This document shows positions 47,375-62,169 of a stretch of 64,000 bases of DNA, one piece after another. Location of the stretch: contig JANJGN010000009.1 of the NCBI GenBank assembly GCA_026770705.1, forward strand, positions 32,736,001 to 32,800,000, read 5' to 3'. The notes beneath the pieces are model-generated. The model was not told where the DNA came from and ran no database searches. It worked only from the letters and a program-made list of their open reading frames with translations. How positions within the stretch are numbered: the first letter of the stretch is position 1; the number at the start of each line of letters is the position of its first letter. Position numbers and translations under genes: made by a program. Origin of the DNA: Isurus oxyrinchus (taxonomy: Eukaryota).

Positions 47375-50300
47375 CGTAGTGATACATTTGTAAAAAATGG
47401 GCTGAGTGATAATTATGGTTTTATTTAGTGTGTAATTTAAGAAAAATACTTGTTAGGAAAGATCACATAACCTGAAGTAACCAATAGGAGAGTAGCATGG
47501 GCTACCTCAGAATCAGTGTATAGATAAAGTAGAAGTGAAAAGCACATGTGTAGTTGCTTCTGAGTATATTGTAAATAAACTTAATATTTCCACTTCAGAA
47601 ATGTTTGCCATTCAACTCTATTGCTAGTAGTACAACTCGGCCACCCTACAACAAACTGGTGAAGAGGATAAAACAGCATTGAACAGAAGAAATCAAGTTA
47701 GAAAGAAATCAGCACTGTACCTCACCCAGTGATTGTAAGTAACAAGCTCGTTTAGAATTGAAATAGTTACTCTCTCTCAACATGCCACATTTTGGGAGAA
47801 TTGATCCTTTTGAACCAGCCACACATGATTGGTCTCACTAAATAGAACACCTCATTTTTTTTTCAAGCGAACAAGATTAAAGGGGAAGAGAAGAGGCGAG
47901 TACTTGTGGGAGCTAAACCTATGGTTTGATTCAAAATTTGATGGCACCCAGTGCCCCAGATTCAAAGAATTTTGATGAATTGGTAGACCTCATGAAGGTC
48001 ACTTTCAACCCATGCCCTCAGTCATAATGCAGAGGCTCAGGTTTAATTTGTGAAATAGACCTCCAGGTGAGATAATTGCATGCTATGTGATAAATTTGAA
48101 GCAGCTAATGGAACATTGAGAGTTTAGTATGACTCTGAAAAATATGCTGAGATATAATTTAGTGTGTGGTGTGAAAGAGGACACTGTTCAGAAAAAAATA
48201 TTGTCCAAAGTGAATCTGGATTTCAAGAAGGCGCTAGAGATAGCGCTGACCATGGAAAGCATTATAAAAGATGCATTAGCAATACACGGTGCCCAAAATT
48301 GCGTCTCCCTCCACATCGGGCAGGAATCCTCAAGCGAAAGTGGTGCGAGAAAGCGAGACTCTGTCAAAAAGTGAGAAACAGTCCCCACTAGCTGAAGAAT
48401 AAAGAAAAATAATTGAGCAGTGAGGTTGAAGAATAATTTTAATAGAGGTGGAAACGATCAGTCTTTTAGGGATTGGCAGTTTAAAAAAATCAAGTGCTAC
48501 CATTGTCACAGAAATGGACATATAATGAAGCAGTGCAAGGAGAGAATCAAGCAGGCTTGTAAATAAAAGAAGAAGCCCAATGACCCAATGAAATCTACAA
48601 TGTTGAAGAGCCTGAAACAAAACATTATGACATTACTCATTGTTTTATCTGAAAGTTGGAAAGACAGAACAAATACTTGTCACAGTGAAAGTGAATGACA
48701 AACCTGTTAAAATGAAAATAGACACAGGAGCTTCCACTACAGTAATTGGGGAACATACCTTCAGATATCCGAATAATGGTGAACATCAATTAAGTTTAGA
48801 ACAAACAGCTGACAAGCTAAAATCATATGTGGGTAAAGATATTCAAGTAAGAGGCATAAGCAAGGTAATTGTCCATTATAGAAGCCGATCGGCACAGCTA
48901 CCCATGATGGTGGTAGCAGGTGAAGGGCCAAGCCTCCTGAGGAAAAATTGGTTAAAAGACATTAGTTCTGTTGAAGAGTCATATGGACTCGAAACGTTAA
49001 CTGTGTACCTCTCCGCAGATGCTGTCAGACATGCTGAGTTTTTCCAGGTATTTTTGTTTTTGTTAAAAGAATTTAAGTTAGAATGGCCTGAAATTTTCCA
49101 GTTGAGAGCAAGTCAGCTACCAGAGCTATTTAGAAAGCACACCACCGTCTTTAGGGACAAAGTGGAGAAAGTCCAGGACCTGCAGGCCAAGATTTATTTC
49201 GATCCGGAAGCAACCCCTCACTTCATGAATGTTAGACTGGTGCCATACGCCCTGCAATAAAAAGTTGACACTGAGCTGAACAGACTAGAGAAACTGGGCA
49301 TTATACAAGCTGTTCAGTTCTCAGAATGGGCAGCACCCAAAATCCCCAGTTTTTGGGGACTACAAACTGGCAGTTAACAAAGTAGCTAAGCTGGACAGGC
49401 ACCCCATTCCAAAAATCGAAGACCTGTACGCCAAGCTGGCAGGAGGGACAATGTACACAAAGCTTGACATGAATCATAATTATCAACAACTAGAATTTGA
49501 TAATGCCTCCAGGGGATTTGCCACAATTAATACACACCAAGGGTTGTACCAATATACATGATTGCCTTTTGGTGTCTCCTCAGCCTGTGCCATCTTTCAG
49601 AAATCAATGGAAGGCTTACTGCAAGGACTGCCCCAGATTGTAGCCTCTTTAGAGGATGTATTGGTGACAGGATTCACTGAAAAAGAGCATTTGGCAAACT
49701 TAGAAGAAGTCTTAAAACATTTCTTGTAAGCTGGGGTGCATCTAAAAAAAGAAAAGTGCACATTCTGAGCGAGGGAGGTAATCTATTTGGGTCACCGGGT
49801 AGATTCACAGAGCCTCCACCTGGTTGAGGAGAAAGTGAGAGCCATAAGAGAGGCACCTGTGTCAAAGAACGCCTCAGAGCTCAAATCATTCCTAGGAATG
49901 AGGAGCTAATATGGGCGGTTCTTACCCAATTTGTCTACATTGCTGGCCCCCCCTGCATACTCTACTCAAAAAGAACCAACGTTGGTCTTGGGAGGCACCC
50001 CAGAAAGAAGCTTTCATAAAGGTGAAACAATTGTTGCACTCATCCAATCTATTAATGCATTATGACCAGACAAAATCAATGATGCTGACATGTGACACAG
50101 CTCCCTGCGGAGTGGGAGCAGCGCTCTCTCATGGGATGGACGACGGCACAGAAGGCCAATAGGTTTGGTATCAAGGACGTTTACCGCAGCGGAAAAAGGA
50201 TATTCACAGATCAATAAAGAAAGACTGTCATCATCCTTGGTGTCAAGAAGTTTCACCAGTACATACATGGCTGCCATTTTACAATCGATTCAGACCACAA

Positions 50301-51240
50301 ACCACTGCTAGGATTTTTTAGCGAGGAAATGGCTATACCGCTCATAGCCTCAGCAAGAATACAACAATAGGCCTTAATTCTGGCAGCGTACGAATACACT
50401 TTCGTACATCGGCCTGACAATCAAATCGCAAACGTCAATGCCCTTAGTCGTTTTCCTTTACAAGAAAATGATGAGCATGTTCCAGTTCCATAGGAACTTG
50501 TTTTACTGTTAAATTTCTTAGACTCCTCACCGGTATGTGCTCGACAGATCAGAAACTGGACAAGCCGGGACCCAGTCCTATCTCAAGTACGAGAACAAGT
50601 GCTCCATGGTTGGTCACAGGAGCCTATAGCTGATTAATTGAAACCATACTTCAACAGAAGACATGAGAAAACCTGTCAGGATGGCATCTTATTGTGGGGA
50701 GTACAAGTGATAGTCCCTCCAGAGAGAAGGGAGCCACTTTTAATTGAACTACACAAAGCCCATCCAGGAATTTCCTGAATGAAGACCATAGCACACAGCT
50801 ATCTATGGTGGCCAGGTATGGTTAGTGAAATAGAGAGTTTAGTAAAGCACTGTGTGCAATGTCAGCAACTCAGCAAGTTGTCAGTGACAGCTTCATTACA
50901 GCCATGGGAGTGGCTAGGTAGACCCTGGGTGCGGTTGCACATTGACTATTTTGGACCTTTCCTGGGAACAATGTTTCTGCTCGTTCTTGATACCCATTCA
51001 AAATGGTTGGACATATATGAGGTGAAGTCACCAACGTCGGGCCCTACAATTGAGAAACTACGTCAGAGTTTTGCCATTCACAGACTGCCAAAAGTAGTAA
51101 TTTCCGATAATGGCACGGCATTTACAGGTGCTGAGTTTCAACGGTTTATCAGCCTCAATGGTATCACTCATGTGAAAACTGCACCGTACCACCCTTCCTC
51201 AAATGGACTGGCCAAAAGGGTGGTTCAAACGTTGCAGTCA
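47375..51240 (+). mobile_element. Gypsy LTR retrotransposon (K02A2.6-like), 3'-truncated
   Basis: 5' LTR ~47375-47653; PBS remnant tggtgaagaggat; gag, protease IDTGAS, RT (LPFGVSSACAIFQ), RNase H (TCDTAPCGVGAAL, DHKPL), integrase (SDNGTAF, PYHPSSNGLAKR); many stops. Confidence 0.92.
48962..49061 (+). mobile_element. Short Penelope-derived hammerhead element inserted in Gypsy pol
   Basis: agtt CTGTTGA a gagtc atatg gactc GAAAC gtt aact...; TSD gttaaaaga (48951-48959, 49062-49070). Confidence 0.88.
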
Positions 51241-52454
51241 TGTCATTTCATTTTTCCTCTTGTAGGCAAGGTGTCTTATGTTGTTTTAATTTTGCTCATT
51301 CAGTTCTTTAACAAATGAAATTTATGCTTTCAGTTGGCTCTATTATTCTTGTGTTCCCAATGATTCTGAAATTATTGTACAAATCTATTCATAATTAACT
51401 TACCACTCCCACTCACCTGCCCTGAGATCATTCACCACTTTATTGAAATATTTAAACAATACCTTGGTGTTAAGATGGTCCATACCTCATGCTGAGCTCT
51501 GTGTGGGTTTCCCTCATGCCCACCGTCATTGAAATGTATCACCACCTCGTTTGCATAATGACTTCATCAGCTCTCCTGATCCTTTTCCTCCTCCTCCCCA
51601 CCAAGAAAAAGTTTGTCAAAGAGGAAGACTTCCATTTTAATGTACTGCTCACATGATGACGGAAATACTTAAAGGCTTTCTCATGATATTCTTTCAGTTT
51701 TAACACAAATTCCTTTAACCCTTACATTGCAATGTCCCAGGGAATATGCAGTGGTGTAATTAAGTGCCATTCTATAATTTTCTCCTTCCTTTGGTGCAAT
51801 TACTACTAAGTCACTACTCCACAGCATTTAGAAAATTAACATTAAGAAAATTTGCAGTCAAGGGTATAATACCACCCTGAAAGCTAACTCTCCTAAATTC
51901 ATTATTAACTTTCCTTAGTCCTTGCTTCTTATCTAGATTTCTAATTGTATGGAGGAGGGCAGTGATGACATGAATTGTGTACCTGATTCATAGGAAATGA
52001 TAATTGTTCCCTGCCTCCTCAGGGAACTTCTCAGAATGGCTAAACAGATCATCATGTGGTCTCATGCTTTCCTAGTATTAGCTACACTTTTGTGCAGGTA
52101 TTTCTTTTATCTACTCTTCATTGTCCTGGTTCATGAATAGATTTGTTTTAGGTGCCCAAAGCCCAACTGGTTACTATATTAGATTGTGAAATGATCCCAG
52201 TTCACTGCTCAAAATGAGGCTGTTAGACACATCAGCAAAAAAAATCTGCATTGACATTGCATATTGCTCCTATCAGTCTCCAAATCAATATTTCAGATAT
52301 TCCAATTTATAATAGGACCTGAATACTAGTTGGCTAGGTATTACATTTGTTAGTTGTTGACCATAAACAAAACTGCAGAGGTTTTTCCAGTGAATAAAAA
52401 TCTGCTGCGTATGGACAAATGGTATGACTGATAAAAATGGTGCTTCTACAAACT

Positions 52455-53588
52455 TGTGAGAAAAGTTATTGCTCATGGAATAAAAGGGATAGTAGCAACA
52501 TGGATACAACATTGGCTGAAAAATAGGAAGCAGGGAGTAATGATCAATGGATGTTTATCGGGCTGGAGGAAGGTTTGTAGTGGAGTTCTCCATGGGTCGG
52601 CATTGGGACCCTTGCTTTTCCTGATATGTATTAATAATCTAGATCTTGGTGTGCAGGGGACAATTTCAAAATTTACGGATGATACGAAGCTTGGGAGTGA
52701 TGTGAACTGTGAGGAGGACAGTGTGGATTTTCAAGAGAACATAGACAAGTTGGAGGAGTGGGCAGACAGGTGGCAGATAAAGTTCAATGCGGAGACATTT
52801 GAGATGATGCATTTTGGTAGGAAGAACATGGACAGACAGTATAAGGGGTGAAATTTTGAAGGGGGTGCAGAAGCAGAAGGACCTGGGTGTCTATGTGCAT
52901 AGATCATTGAAGGTGGCAGAACAGGTGGAGAGAGCAGTTAGTAAAGCATATAGCATCCTAGGCTTTATTAATAGGGGTATAATATAAGAGCAGGGAGGCT
53001 ATGCTGAATTTATATAAGACACTCGTTAGACCTCAGCTTGAGCATTGTGTACAGTTCTGGGTGCCACACTGTAGGAAGGATGTGAACACATTGGAGAGAG
53101 TGCAGAAGAGGTTTCCAAGAATGGTTTCAGGGATGAGAATCTTCAACTATGAGGATAGATTGGAGAGGTTGGGACTGTTTTCCCGGGAGAGAAGAAAGCT
53201 GAGAGGAGATTTGATAGAGATGTTCAAAATCATGAGGGGTCTGGACAGAATAGATAGGGAAAAGCTGTTCCTGCTCATAAAAGGGTCAAGAACGAGAGGG
53301 CACAGATTTAAAGTGATTTGCAAAAGAAGCAAATGTGACGTGAGTAAAATCTTTTTCACATGAGTGGTTTGGGTCTGAAATGCACTTCCTGGAAGTGTGG
53401 TGGCGGCAGGTTCAATTGAGGCATTCAAGAGGGCATTAGATGATTACTTGAACAGAAACAATATGCAGGAGTGCGGGGAAAAGACAGGGCAATGGCACTA
53501 GGTCATAATGCTCATTTGGAGAACCGGTGCAGGCACAATGGGCCGAATAGCCTCCTTCTGTGCCATTAAAATTCTGTGATCCTGTGAA
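52455..53588 (+). mobile_element. CR1 3' ~1.1 kb
   Basis: GSALGPLLF...FTDDTK, LYKTLVRPQLEHCVQFW; tail ttctgtgatcctgtga. Confidence 0.9.
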
Positions 53589-55074
53589 AATATTTGAACA
53601 TTCAAAACTGGAAATTCTAGTGCTGCTGTAGCCTTCAGAGCAAATCTTATCCAGGTAAGGGAGGCAAGTTTTCACCTGCACTAATAGCGACAGAGCCCTC
53701 TATCACAACACACAAAGTAAATTCTGGCATTAATATGGAGACTCAGTAATTCATCTCCAGCCGTTTCCTTGACTTTGGCTTATAGAAACAATAATAGATT
53801 ATAGCACCCACCACTAACTGTTGGGTCATCAGCTGACATCACATTATGAAGTTTATGATACTCTCACTATTTCCTTGCTACACAGAATTACATGAAAGAG
53901 CTGCTTTTTCCTGAAAATACACAGACCGGAATTTTGGGTTATAATTTTTGAAAAGCTAATTAAGTTTTTAAAAGCTCTAACTGGACAAAATACCTATATC
54001 TGATGTTATTTACATTTTCTTCTAAAACATGTCCCGAGTTACAATTATTATACATACATGATTACTAGTTAATTCCCTTGATAAATGGAGAACTGCGGCC
54101 TTTCCGCTCATACACAAAAATATTATGATATGCCTCCTAAAGACAAATCTTATTTTTTTAACTGATACTACAACCTGTCAGCTAAATTCTGGTACATAGG
54201 CTTGAAGGCATACTATCAGAACTGCTGCAATACATTAAACGGATTTCTTTTAATACTATGGTAACATTCACTACTGGAATCATGTGTCCCAAATGTGATT
54301 TGGACAATTTCAAAACAGCCATGAATATTATTTATTTCCACAAGTGAGCTGCAAGAATCTGTTATAGGAAACTGAGATATTTAAGAAATAAAACGAACAG
54401 AGCTGAAGAACAAAATGCCACTTCATGAAAGTGTTTTGGTCTTACTTGTTTCAAATCATTTCAGATTATTTTCCAAAACATTTGCGATTCAGATCAGGCT
54501 TGATATTAGGGTTGGAAATCAATTATATTCCAAAAATAGAAACATTCATGAAGAATTTCATTCCTAATAGTCACTTAAGATGATTTAAATGCCTGGGAAT
54601 GTGCACAATAGTTGTTATCTACAGTTTATATGAAGCAAAAAGAACTTTTAAAATTCCATTTGTTGATCTAATCTTCTTCCTACCTTGCTTGTGAGATTTG
54701 GTGCCCTAAAGGTAAAGATTTAGTCATGCTTCATCAACTACTTACTGATAATGCTGATACAAGTTTCTAATTTGGGCTTGGAGAATATGGAACTGTGCTA
54801 TCGAAGCAGTCCACTCATCTTTCCTTAACTCCACAAGTAGCAAACCGGTTGCCACATAACATCTCTCCAATTGATCCCTTTTCTTGATGTTCAGCTCTTT
54901 ATCTTAAGCACCATTGAAACTATTGAGGTGGTGAAAGAGCAGAGTGGGGTCAGCACTGTGCACGAGAGAAGAAAATGGTCCCGATCAGCACAGAGCCAAG
55001 AATGTAGCATCACAAGGAGTATCATGTTGCCTAGACAACAAGACCAGATAGAAATGTTAAAGGGTCAAAAATGA

Positions 55075-55880
55075 AAATTAGATGTATATGCATGAATGCC
55101 AGAAGCATTAAAAATTAAACAGCTGAAACAGACACATGATGGCAAGCAGTAATTATGATGTCATGCAAATCTAATCAGGATGATGGAATGATTATAGTTT
55201 ACAACGGTACAGGATATCCAAGAAGGACATAGGGAATAGGAAAAGTGGAGGTACTGCTGTTATAGCTCAGGAACATCTGAGAGCTTTAAGTTGTGGAGGC
55301 ATATTGACAAAAAACACTATTGGTTGAATACCCTGACAACATCTGGAGTTTACAGAGACTACCATTCAAATCTATGACAAGTTGAGTAATACTGATGGAG
55401 ATATGATGGATGAACTTAGTAAGAAAAATTACTCAAGGGTAAATCTGTTGAGGATAAATGGATAACCTTCAAAGCTTATCTAAATGCAACAAAGACAAAG
55501 TAAATAAAACTGCATTGTAATGGGATGAAGATGGAAATTGAAAAAGGAAATAAAAAATGGTTTACCAAGCTTTTAGGGAGAAATCAACAACTGAATGCAA
55601 ATCTGCAAAGAAGCAGGTTAAAAAGAATTTGGTGTCATTACGAGAGGGAAAGAAAAGCTTTTGAGAACTATATCACAAAAAATGCAGTCAAGAGAGAGGA
55701 CAAATGTCTAGAGGAGCCAGAAGCATTTGAAAATGAGGATGAAGAGGAGACAGTTACCATGCTTAATAATTCCTTTTTAGAGCTCTTCACCAAGGGAGAC
55801 ACTAATAATAGAATATGTAAAATCAAACCCAAGTATGATTGTTTACATAATTTGGCAGCACAAAGAGATAGAAATCAATA
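55075..55880 (+). mobile_element. Old CR1-like ORF2 5' remnant (endonuclease region)
   Basis: atgaatgccagaagcattaaaaat (MNARSIKN) and ggaaaagtggaggtactgctgt (GG-motif); heavily decayed. Confidence 0.55.
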
Positions 55881-58800
55881 AGACTTATAGAACGTATATA
55901 CGTATGAACAAACAAATAGGAGCAGGAGTAAGCCATTTGTCCCTCAAGCCTGCTCCTCCATTCAACAAGATCATGGCTGATCTGATTATAGCCTCAACTC
56001 CACATTCCTGTCTATGCTCAGTTACCTTTCACCCCCTTATTTATCTAAAATCTATCTAGCTCTGCCTTAAAAATATTCAAAGACTCTGCTTCCATTGCCT
56101 TTTGAGGAAGAAAGTTTCAAAGACTCACAACCCTCTGAAAAAAATTCTCCTCATCTCTGTCTTAACTGGTTGACCCCTTATTTTTAAACAGTGACCCCTA
56201 GTGCTAGATTCTCCCACAAGAGGCAACATCCTTTCCACATCCACTCTGTCAAGACCCCTTGAGGTGTTATATGTTTCCATCAAGCCACCTCTTACTCTTC
56301 TAAACTCCAGCGGATACAAGCCTAGCCTGTCCAACCCTTCCTCATAAGACAGCCTGCCTATTCCCAGTATTAGCCCAGTAAACCTTTTCTGAACTGCTTC
56401 CAATGCATTTACATTCTTAAATAAGTAGACCAATACTGTACATTACACTCCAAATGTAGTCTCACCAGTGCCCTATATAGCTGAAGCATAACCTCCTTAC
56501 TTTTGTAATAAATTCCCCTCACAATGAATGATAACATTCTATTAGTTTTCCTAGTGACTTGCTGTACCTGCAAGTTAACTTTTTAAGACTCATGCACTAG
56601 GACACTCAGAATCCCCTGCATCTCAGAGCTCTGCAATCTCTCACTATTGAGATAGTATGCTTCTTTTTTATTCTTCCTGCCAAAATGAACAATTTCTCAT
56701 TTTCCCACATTAAACTCCATTTGCCAGATCTTTGCCCACTCACTTAACCTATCTATAACCACTTGTAGCCTCCTTATGCCCTCTTCACAACTTACTTTCC
56801 CACTTATCTTTGTGTCATCACCAAATTTAGCAACTATACCTTCCGTCCCTTCATCCAAGTCATTTATATACATTGTAAAAAGTTGAGGCCCCAGCACTGA
56901 TCACTGTGGCATGCCACTTGTTACAACTTGTCAACCAGAAAATGACCCATTTATGCCTATTCTCTGTTTCCTGTTAGCTATCCAATCTTCTATCCATGCT
57001 AATATGTTGCCCCCTACACCATGAACTTTTATTTTCTGCAATAACCTTTGATATGGCACCTTATCAAATGCTTTCTGGAGATCAAAGTACATTAGTCCAC
57101 TAGTTCCCCTTTATCCACAGCACATTACTTCTTCAAAGAACTCCAATAAGTTGTTTAAACTTGATTTCCCTTGTACAAAACCACGTTCACTGCCTGATTA
57201 CCTTGAATTTTTCTAAGTGTCCTGCGATAATATCTTTAATAATAACTTCTAACGTTTTCCCTATGACAGATGTTAAGCTAACTGGCCTATAGTTTCCTGA
57301 TTTCTGTCTCCCTCCCTTTTTGAATAAAGGAGTTACATTCATTATTTTCTATTCTAATGAAGCCTTTCCAGAATCTAGGGAATCTTGGGAAATTAAAACT
57401 AATGCATTAACTATCTCACTAGCCACTTCTTTTAAGACCTTAGGACAAAGTCCCTCTGGACTCAGGGACTTGTCAGCCTATAGTTCCAACAATTTGCTCA
57501 GTGCCACTGGCTTGTTAAATTTAATTTTCTTGAGTTCCTCCCTCCCTTCCATTTCCTGATTTAAAGTTATTTCTGAGATGTTACTTGTATCTACTATAGT
57601 GATGGCCGATGTAAAATATCTGTTCATCTGCCATCTCCTTATTTTCCATTATTAATTCCCTAGACTCACTTTCTATAGGACCAACACTTGCTTTGTTAAC
57701 TCTTTTCTTTTTTAATTATCTGTAGAAACTCTTACTACCTGTCTTTATATTTCTAGCTTTCCTATTCTAATTTTTCCCTCCTTATTAATCTTTCAATTAT
57801 TCTTTGCTGTTTTTTATATTCTGTCTGACCTTTCACCTGTTACCCATCTTTGCACAACTATATGCTTTTTCTTTAAGTCTGATGCTATTTTTAACTTTTT
57901 TAGTTAACCACGGGTTCTCCCCTTGGAGTTTTTCTTTCTGATTGGAATGTATGTATTCTGTATATTCTGAAATATCCCCATAAATGAATGCCACTGCAAG
58001 TTTATTAACCTACCCCTTAACCTAATTTGCTAGTTCACTTTAGCGAGGTCTGCTTTCAAGCCCTCACAGTCACCCGTATTTCAGTTTAAAATACTAGCCT
58101 TAGACCCACTCTTCTCTCCCTCAAACTGAAAGTAATGTTCAATCATATTATGATTGCTGCTGCCTAGGGGCAACTTCACTATGAGGTAATTAATAAATCA
58201 TATGTCATTGCACAATAGCAGGTCTAGTATTGCCTGCTTTCTAGTTGGCTCCACAACATGCTGTTCTAAGCAACTATCCCGAAAACATTCTATGACGGCC
58301 TCACCTAGGCTACCTTTGCTCAGCTGATTTTTTTTCAGTCCATGTATAGATTAAAATCCCCCATGATTATTGCCACACCTTTCTGACAAGCCCCCATTAT
58401 TTCTTCCTTTATATCCTGTCGTATCGTGTGGTTACCATTAGAGGGCCTGTACACCATTCCCACAAGTGACTTGTCTTTATCATTTCTTACCTCTAGCCAA
58501 TCTGCTTCTACACCCTGATTTCCTTCTCTATTGTGCCAAGGCCATCATTAATTGACAAAGCCATCCCTCCACATCCTTCTAGCTTCCTATCCTTCCTAAA
58601 TGTTATTTACTCTTCAACATTCAGGCCCTGATCCGTGTCATCCTGCAGCCATGTCTCTGTAATGGCTATCAGATCACACTTACTTATTTCTATTTGAGCT
58701 ATCAGTTCGTGTGTTTTGTTTCGAATGCCACGTGCATTCAGATGCAGAGTGTTTAGGTTTGTCCTTTTATTATTTTTGTAACCATAGCCTTATATGCTCA

Positions 58801-59157
58801 TTTACTCTTAGGTTTGTACTTTGTCCCTTCCTGTCAGGATCAGTTTATCATTTTCCATTTAATACCTTTCTTTCTTGCCTTGTCTGTGCTCTTTCACTTA
58901 CCACATCTTCCCAAATTTTATCCATTGTTTCCACTATTTAGTTTAAAGACCCTCTCCACTTCTCTAGTTACATAGCTTGCTAGAACACTGAGCCCAGTAT
59001 GGTTCAGGTGTAGACCTTCCCAACGGTTCAAACCCACTTTCTCGAATGTTGGTGCCACTGCCCCACGAACCAGAACCCACTTCTCCCACCCAAGTCACAC
59101 ATCCATTTCTATAATTGTATTTGTCCAGTGCCAATTTAGACGTGGCTCAGGTAATAA

Positions 59158-60025
59158 CTATGTTCAGCACCATTCGCGACTCCTCCAATACTGAAACAGT
59201 CCATGTCCATATGCAGCAAGATCTGGACAATACCCAGGCTTGGGCTGACAAGTGGCAAGTAATATTCCAGCCACACAAGTGCCAGGCAATGACCATCTCC
59301 AGCAAGAGAGAATCTAACCATTGCCCCTTGACATGCAATGGCATTATCAGCCCTGAATCCCCCACTCTCAACATCCTGGGGTTACCATTGACCATAAACT
59401 GAACTGGTCATATAAATACTGTGGCTACAAGAGCAGGTCAGAGGCTGGGAATCCTGCGATGAGTAACTCACCTCCTGATGCCCCAAAGCCTGTCCACAAT
59501 CTACAAGGCATAAGTCAGGAGTGTGATGGAATACACCCCACTTGCCTGGATAAGTGCAGCTCCCACAACATTCAAGAAGCTTGACACCGTGTAGGGCAAA
59601 GCAGCCCGCTTGATTGGCACTACATCCACAAACATTCACTCCCTCCACCATCAACGCACAGTAGCAGCAGTGTGTACCATCTACAAGACGCACTGCAGGA
59701 ATTCACCAAGACTCCTTAAACTCCCAAACCCACGACTACTACCACTACTATCTGGAAGGACAAGGGCAGCAGATAGATGGGAACACCACTACCTAGAGAA
59801 GGTCCCCTCCAAATCACTCACCACCCTGTCTTAGAAATATATTGCCATTCCTTCACTGTCGCTGATCATGGAACTCCCTCCCTAACAGCACTATGGGTGT
59901 ACCTACATCACATGGTCTGCAGCAGTTCAAGAAGGCAACTCACCATCACCTTCTCAAGGGCAACTAGAAATGGGTAATAAATGCTGGCCTAGCCAACGAA
60001 GCCCACATCCCATAAATGACCAATA
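59158..60025 (+). mobile_element. 3' fragment of a different CR1-clade LINE nested in the CR1
   Basis: QQDLDNTQAWADKWQVIFQPHKCQAM; 3' UTR aataaatgctggcctagcca...cccacatcccataaatga. Confidence 0.85.
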
Positions 60026-60029
60026 AAAA

Positions 60030-60738
60030 CCTCTGAGGTGCTGCTTCTTAATTTGGTGCTTAACTCCTCATACTGACTATGCAGATCATCTTTCTTTGTC
60101 CTGTCTATATTGTTGGTACCTACATAGACCACAACGACTGGATCCTCCCCCTCCCACTGTAAGTTCCTTTCCAGCCCTGAGCAGATGGCCTGAACCCTGG
60201 CACTGGGCAGGCAGCACAGCCTTCTGGACTCTTGCTCTTTGCTGCAGAGAACAGTGTCAATCTCCCTCATTATACTGTCCTTGACCAGCTTTCCTTTTTG
60301 CTGCCCCCCCCCCTCTTGAATGGCTTCCTGTACCATTGTGCCATGGCCAATCTGCTCATCCACCCTGAAGACCTCACATTCATCCAGCCAGGTCGCAAGC
60401 TCCTCATACTCATTTGACAATTGCAAAGGCTTATTCTCCTCCACTACTGCCTGCCCGGTCCCTTTGCCTGCTTCATTCACGGTCACATCCTCCTGTCCCA
60501 CATTGCTGATCAAAGCAGATGACCCTATTCTAAGAGGTGTGACCATGTTTTGGCAAAAGTCCAGGTATCTGTCCCCCTTCTGGATGTTGCGCAGTGTATG
60601 TAGTTCAGCTTCCAGATCAAGAATCCTGATCCGAATTCCTCTAACTGCTTACACTTTTTGTAGACATGTTTGCCTTGGATTATGTTAGTGACCAGGAGCC
60701 CACATTCCACAGCTGCAACACAAGACCTGCCCAGCCAT
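60030..60738 (-). pseudogene. CR1 ORF1 (Cys-rich N-terminus and SGNH esterase-like domain)
   Basis: MAGQVLCCSC start; LSNEYEEL; DSIMR...CCLPSARV...VVVYVGTNNI. Confidence 0.8.
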
Positions 60739-61404
60739 GGTTACTAATGTTATTTAGTTAATTTAATTTAATTACTTCCTTATTTAACTTAGAATAATTC
60801 CTATGTATAATAAAGTTTACTGTGCTATTAAATGCGAGTGCCACCTGCAACTAAAAGTTATACATTTCTTAATTATCAATTGGCTTACCAGTTACTCACC
60901 AGCCAGGTCCTGCCACTGTCCCTAAGTAATAAAAAAGTGAAAAAGGAGCAACTCCTCCCCCTCACTGTACATCCCCCTCACCAAACTCATCAGCTCACTG
61001 TGCTCGTAATCAGCACACCGTTTACAAATCTGCACCCAAACCTCTATATTTTAGCCTTTCGAGTTGAGACTACAACAACTTGATTGGACTAGTTAACTAA
61101 TTAACTAATCAGCTGCTCTCTGGTAGACCTTGTTTAACTCTGCCAAAGGCTGGAAGAAACTTATTTTAGTTTATTAATTTACTCTCATTTGTTCACTTAC
61201 TTTAAGTAAATACCAGTTAAATGCTAACTGCAGATCAGATTTTTGGAAAGATATTGATGCTTAAACCTTCCACTCACCAAACTCATATCAGCTCACTCGC
61301 GTGTAATCAGCACTCCGTAAAAGATATAAACTATGCCACAGGTTACCAAGGGATAGGTTTTGTGAAGCAATAGGGGTCATGTTGAAGATCTGGGTAATTT
61401 CTTA

Positions 61405-61985
61405 GGGCAGAATTTTGTCCTTATCGGGTGGGCGCAGTGGGCAGACCCAGGAGTGGTTGGGAAGCCTCCCGCTGCCCATGATTGGGTCCCGACCACTATT
61501 TCAAACTGGCTGGCTGGAAATGTGCGCTGCTGCGCTCAGCGCTGCCAGGGTGGGGGCAGGAGGAACGCGAGCACTAAAGTTAGCGCATGCACATGGGTGC
61601 GCGCAGTAAAAGCTCCCTGAGACACAGAGCTGCCTCAGGGAACTGAAGATTTTCAGCACTCAAAATAAGGAAATGAAAAATAATGAAAACATGCCCCCTC
61701 ATGTGACTCTGTCATATGAGCAGGGACATGTTAAATAGGAGTGCAAAAAGTTTTTGTTTTTAATCAATGGTCGAAACCTCATCCCCTCCATGGATAAGGC
61801 TTCGCCAAAAATGCAAAGGCCACTTGGTCTTTTCGCCCAAAAAATTGTCAGCGAAAAATTGTACTCAATTAAATGATTAAGAGCCTCAATATGCCGCTTA
61901 ATCGTTGGCGGGTGTGCGCAGGAGGTGACAGCGCGCCCGCCCACCGAAATATCATGCCTCATTTTACATTCGAGCATGTCGGGCG
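61405..61985. mobile_element. Harbinger MITE
   Basis: Starts (tta)gggcagaatttt, the TIR of the 7158 element; collinear with 38252-38844. Confidence 0.75.
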
Positions 61986-62169
61986 AATGATCCTGGACTT
62001 AAATGCTGAAAACAAGCAAATTGTAGTCTCCATTTTTATGGACCATAATTAACAATGACTCATCAATTTGACTTTAGTAATTGGAATAGAAACTAAATCA
62101 ATAATCAGAGTAGAATTAAAGTGTAGCTGTATGAAAATAACCCAACAATTGATGGCCAAGATGTCTTTG

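Larger units (their letters stand above)
55885..61320 (-). mobile_element. Near full-length CR1 LINE (5' UTR, ORF1, ORF2), decayed
   Basis: ORF2 motifs LGPQLFTMYINDL...FGDDTK and ALEAVQKRFT; ORF1 esterase; microsatellite-like tail at 55885-55915. Confidence 0.9.

Noticed and set aside
4210-49070. Recurrent short repeats read as a CRISPR array, integron attC sites or retron
   Set aside because: Copies are dispersed, have individual TSDs, match a Penelope 3' end, and the context is eukaryotic with no cas or integron genes.
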